From contig CM022665.1 in the NCBI GenBank assembly GCA_012295275.1, forward strand, positions 46,748,001 through 46,812,000: a DNA stretch of 64,000 bases, written 5' to 3'. The DNA comes from Chrysomallon squamiferum. Taxonomy: Eukaryota > Animalia > Mollusca. The translations under genes and the position numbers were made by a program. The notes beneath the pieces are model-generated. The model was not told the DNA's origin and did not search any database. It was given only the letters and a program-made list of their open reading frames with translations. Positions 61,401 to 64,000 of this stretch are shown one piece after another (position 1 is the first letter of the stretch; the number at the start of each line of letters is the position of its first letter).

Positions 61401-63273
61401 AAAAAGTTTTGCAGGTTTTTCGGAGTCCTTTTTCATTATTTCTGAGGGCTTTTTTCCCGTGGGTTTTTTTCCCCGTTTACTTATATTTTGCTTTGTAGAA
61501 CAAGATCTCCTGAAACCATGCACTCACACTTCCGAATGTGGACAGCAGTATTTTGCCGAATGTTCTGACGGCGGATTTTGCCGATGTGTTTCAGGAAGAT
61601 ACAGAAACGCAGACGGAAATTGCCACAATGGTATGTTAAATATAAACCACGTGTCTATTCTATTTATAAATTTAGAGAGACACTGCAGCAGTAGACTGTA
61701 TTTGGTGCTTTAAATATTAATTATATAATTTTCTGTCACTTACGTTATAGACTTACTAAAATTCCTTGTTATTTAACTATTGTAATATGCATTTCATGTT
61801 CATTAATATTTGTAAACGTTTCATGGGACAATCTTTTTTTTTTTTTTTTTTTTTTTAAATGTTATATTGTTAATTTTAAAATATATTTTAACAACATTAT
61901 AATGAAATTTTCAGTTACTGTTTTTAATTTAACACCATTTCAGTGAAGTTAATAAACTTAGATACGTCTATTTCACTCTTCTTTAAGTTCACGTATTAGA
62001 TACGATTGTACCATTTTTATTTGTTTAGTATTTTCAGCTTAGATTAACCATTGCATAAACCTATTTTTCCATTAACAATAAATATTAAACTCTTATACCC
62101 TCTACTTTTTAAATATCCACTGATACAAACTAAATCCCCCAAAATACTGAACCTTTTAACAAACTATATGTACTAAATTATTATTCATTTAATTCGCACT
62201 GGACTTCTCAAACTAGATGCATTCTCGCTAGATGACATTACTATTTCTTTAAAAAACATTTCTATGTAATTTCGTTTTTGATTTGTTTTCAGTGGATGAG
62301 TTACGGCCAAGTTCCTTTGCTGTCAGTGACGTGTTTTCATGGAGTGCTCGGATGACGTGGAATCGGTCGCGATACGTCACTCAGGTGCCAGACGTCACGG
62401 TAACGTACGCGGTAACTGCCGGCGGGAAAACGAACTCTACGTCTGAATCGTCGATTTTAGTTAACGGTCTGACTGCGGGATTGTCGTATTCTGCTGATCT
62501 TGTCACAACAGTGAAACAAGATGGCAAGAACGAAACGATACTTTGTGACGAACATCCGTCTTTTACAACACCGAGTGAGTGTTTTTAGACACACACACAC
62601 ACACACACACATACGTACACACACACTCACAAAAACACGAATACAAATAACGCCCACATATACACAGATACAAACAACACAGACATACACAAACAACACA
62701 TTATACACATACACATATACTACACAAAAATGCTATAAAACATTATTATTATTATTACTTACTTACAGAAATAAGGTACAACATGACTTGCAGGACGGGA
62801 GATATCTGTCTTAACGAGAACGCTTCTTGTATTGCCATGGTAACCAAACGATGTCTCTGCAATGATGGATATTTCTGGGCTACAGCATCCAGAGAATGTA
62901 AACCAGGTAATCCATTACCGATAGCAACAACAACAACAATGAAAGCAAATATAAAATATTGTAATAATACTTATGATGAAGATATCTTCATGTAATTTAT
63001 TTTTTTTATCACAATAACATTTTAAGATAAATATTAAGAATAAAATTAATTTTATGCATTTAATGATGACGGATCCAGAAAACAGAAGAAACCAATCAAT
63101 TTAGTTTCAATACAGCAACAAACAATAGATACTTTGATAGTAAACTGAATTCAAATTTAACGTTAATGAGGCGTTTTAAAAGTTTTGCTTTTTCTGCGCT
63201 TTTAAATCTTATCCATTTTGATTTCATCTTTTCCTCTTTTGCAGTTTATGTAATCTATTAATTTTTGTTGTTG

Positions 63274-63346
<73 letters not shown>

Positions 63347-63747
63347 AATGAGGATTTTACATTTCTTTTCCCCACAAATCGCTCCATAGGAGAATATCCT
63401 AGCAGTCTATGTAATTATATAATTTATAATTATAATAATGTTTCTTTTATTAATTTATTTTATTTCAGTTACTTACGTGAAACCAGGAAACATCAGTATA
63501 ATCACAACGTCATCAACGTCACTGAGAATAACGTGGACGGTGCGTGAAGATTACAGACATGATGTCAGCAGGTTTGAAATTATTTGGTCGCCAGGTGACG
63601 CTGGATCGAGCAGTTTCCATAGCCACCAGACAGCAGATGTAACAGGATTAATACCTGGAAAACAGTACAGTGTTCAAGTGAGAGCTTTCACTGTCCAAGA
63701 AGGAAGAGAACAGTTTGTAGACTCAGCAAGTGTTTCACAGAGAACAT
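58451..63747 (+). CDS. 5' part of a signal-anchored or secreted protein with alternating Cys-rich (EGF/EB-like) and fibronectin type III domains; exons 58451-58510, 59655-59781, 60373-60645, 61499-61630, 62293-62574, 62769-62906, 63469-63747; continues beyond the window
   Basis: gccATG start; hydrophobic N-terminus (GVVVVVFLCILAVTLVP|ALLWWFGVI); FN3 signatures (FTVIW...YEVTW...VTGLDPGTEYLVAV and LRITW...VTGLIPGKQYSVQV); six-Cys modules; all junctions GT-AG and phase-compatible. Confidence 0.88.
59072..59176. mobile_element. Imperfect ~105-bp palindrome, MITE-like
   Basis: Nested inverted segments aaag/cttt, tcacactg/cagtgtga, cgtttgtc/ggcaaatcg, acaaca/tgttgt, gtaga/tctac. Confidence 0.4.
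60373..60645 (+). CDS. FN3 domain exon 1 (phase 1-1)
   Basis: SNLKVTHV...FTVIW...YEVTW...VTGLDPGTEYLVAVTT; A|GTGAGT donor. Confidence 0.88.
61499..61630 (+). CDS. EGF/EB-like six-Cys module exon (phase 1-1)
   Basis: PCTHTSEC...AEC...FCRCVSGRY...NC; G|GTATGT donor. Confidence 0.85.
62293..62574 (+). CDS. FN3 domain exon 2 (phase 1-1)
   Basis: SARMTW...TYAVT...VNGLTAGLSYSADL; A|GTGAGT donor. Confidence 0.83.
62769..62906 (+). CDS. EGF/EB-like six-Cys module exon (phase 1-1)
   Basis: TCRTGDICLNENASC...RCLCNDGYF...EC; G|GTAATC donor. Confidence 0.85.
63469..63747 (+). CDS. FN3 domain exon 3 (phase 1-1)
   Basis: PGNISI...STSLRITW...FEIIW...VTGLIPGKQYSVQVRA; T|GTAAGA donor. Confidence 0.88.
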
Positions 63748-64000
63748 GTAAGATTTAAATACAGAAACAAACAAAAAGCTAACGAAATGTATTAAATCCT
63801 CCCCGCTGAAAAACACCAAAAACAACAACCAGATAATTATTATTATTTAAAGAAACAACAACAAAATAAAAACAACGAAAAAAAAAACAACAAACAACAA
63901 ACAAATAACAAATAAACAACAAAAAATAAAATTAAAAAACGCACAACACATAATAGTACATGTAAAAATCATCAAAGAAATTCTTTTTTTTCTTTTCTTT

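Overview
AT-rich, microsatellite-laden animal genomic DNA. Sequence style and decayed tRNA-derived SINE fragments suggest an invertebrate, probably a mollusc (inference). Three protein-coding loci are supported, all on the + strand. (1) A TEAD/Scalloped (TEF-1) Hippo-pathway transcription factor: 11 core coding exons at 30165-48051, about 426 aa, with one GC-AG intron, a candidate 24-nt cassette microexon and a 1-nt frameshift at about 44603 that is probably an assembly error. About 30 kb upstream holds candidate promoters and coding-looking exons, and a roughly 4 kb 3' UTR follows. (2) A compact two-exon 130-aa gene (56561-57207) that the ORF track does not assemble, with a TATA/Inr promoter and a dense same-orientation TCF/LEF motif cluster. 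(3) The 5' part of a membrane-anchored or secreted protein built from alternating Cys-rich EGF/EB-like and fibronectin type III exons (58451 to past the window end), with IRF/STAT/NF-kB-like promoter motifs. Most long ORFs in the track are microsatellite artefacts. No RNA genes or CRISPR arrays were found.
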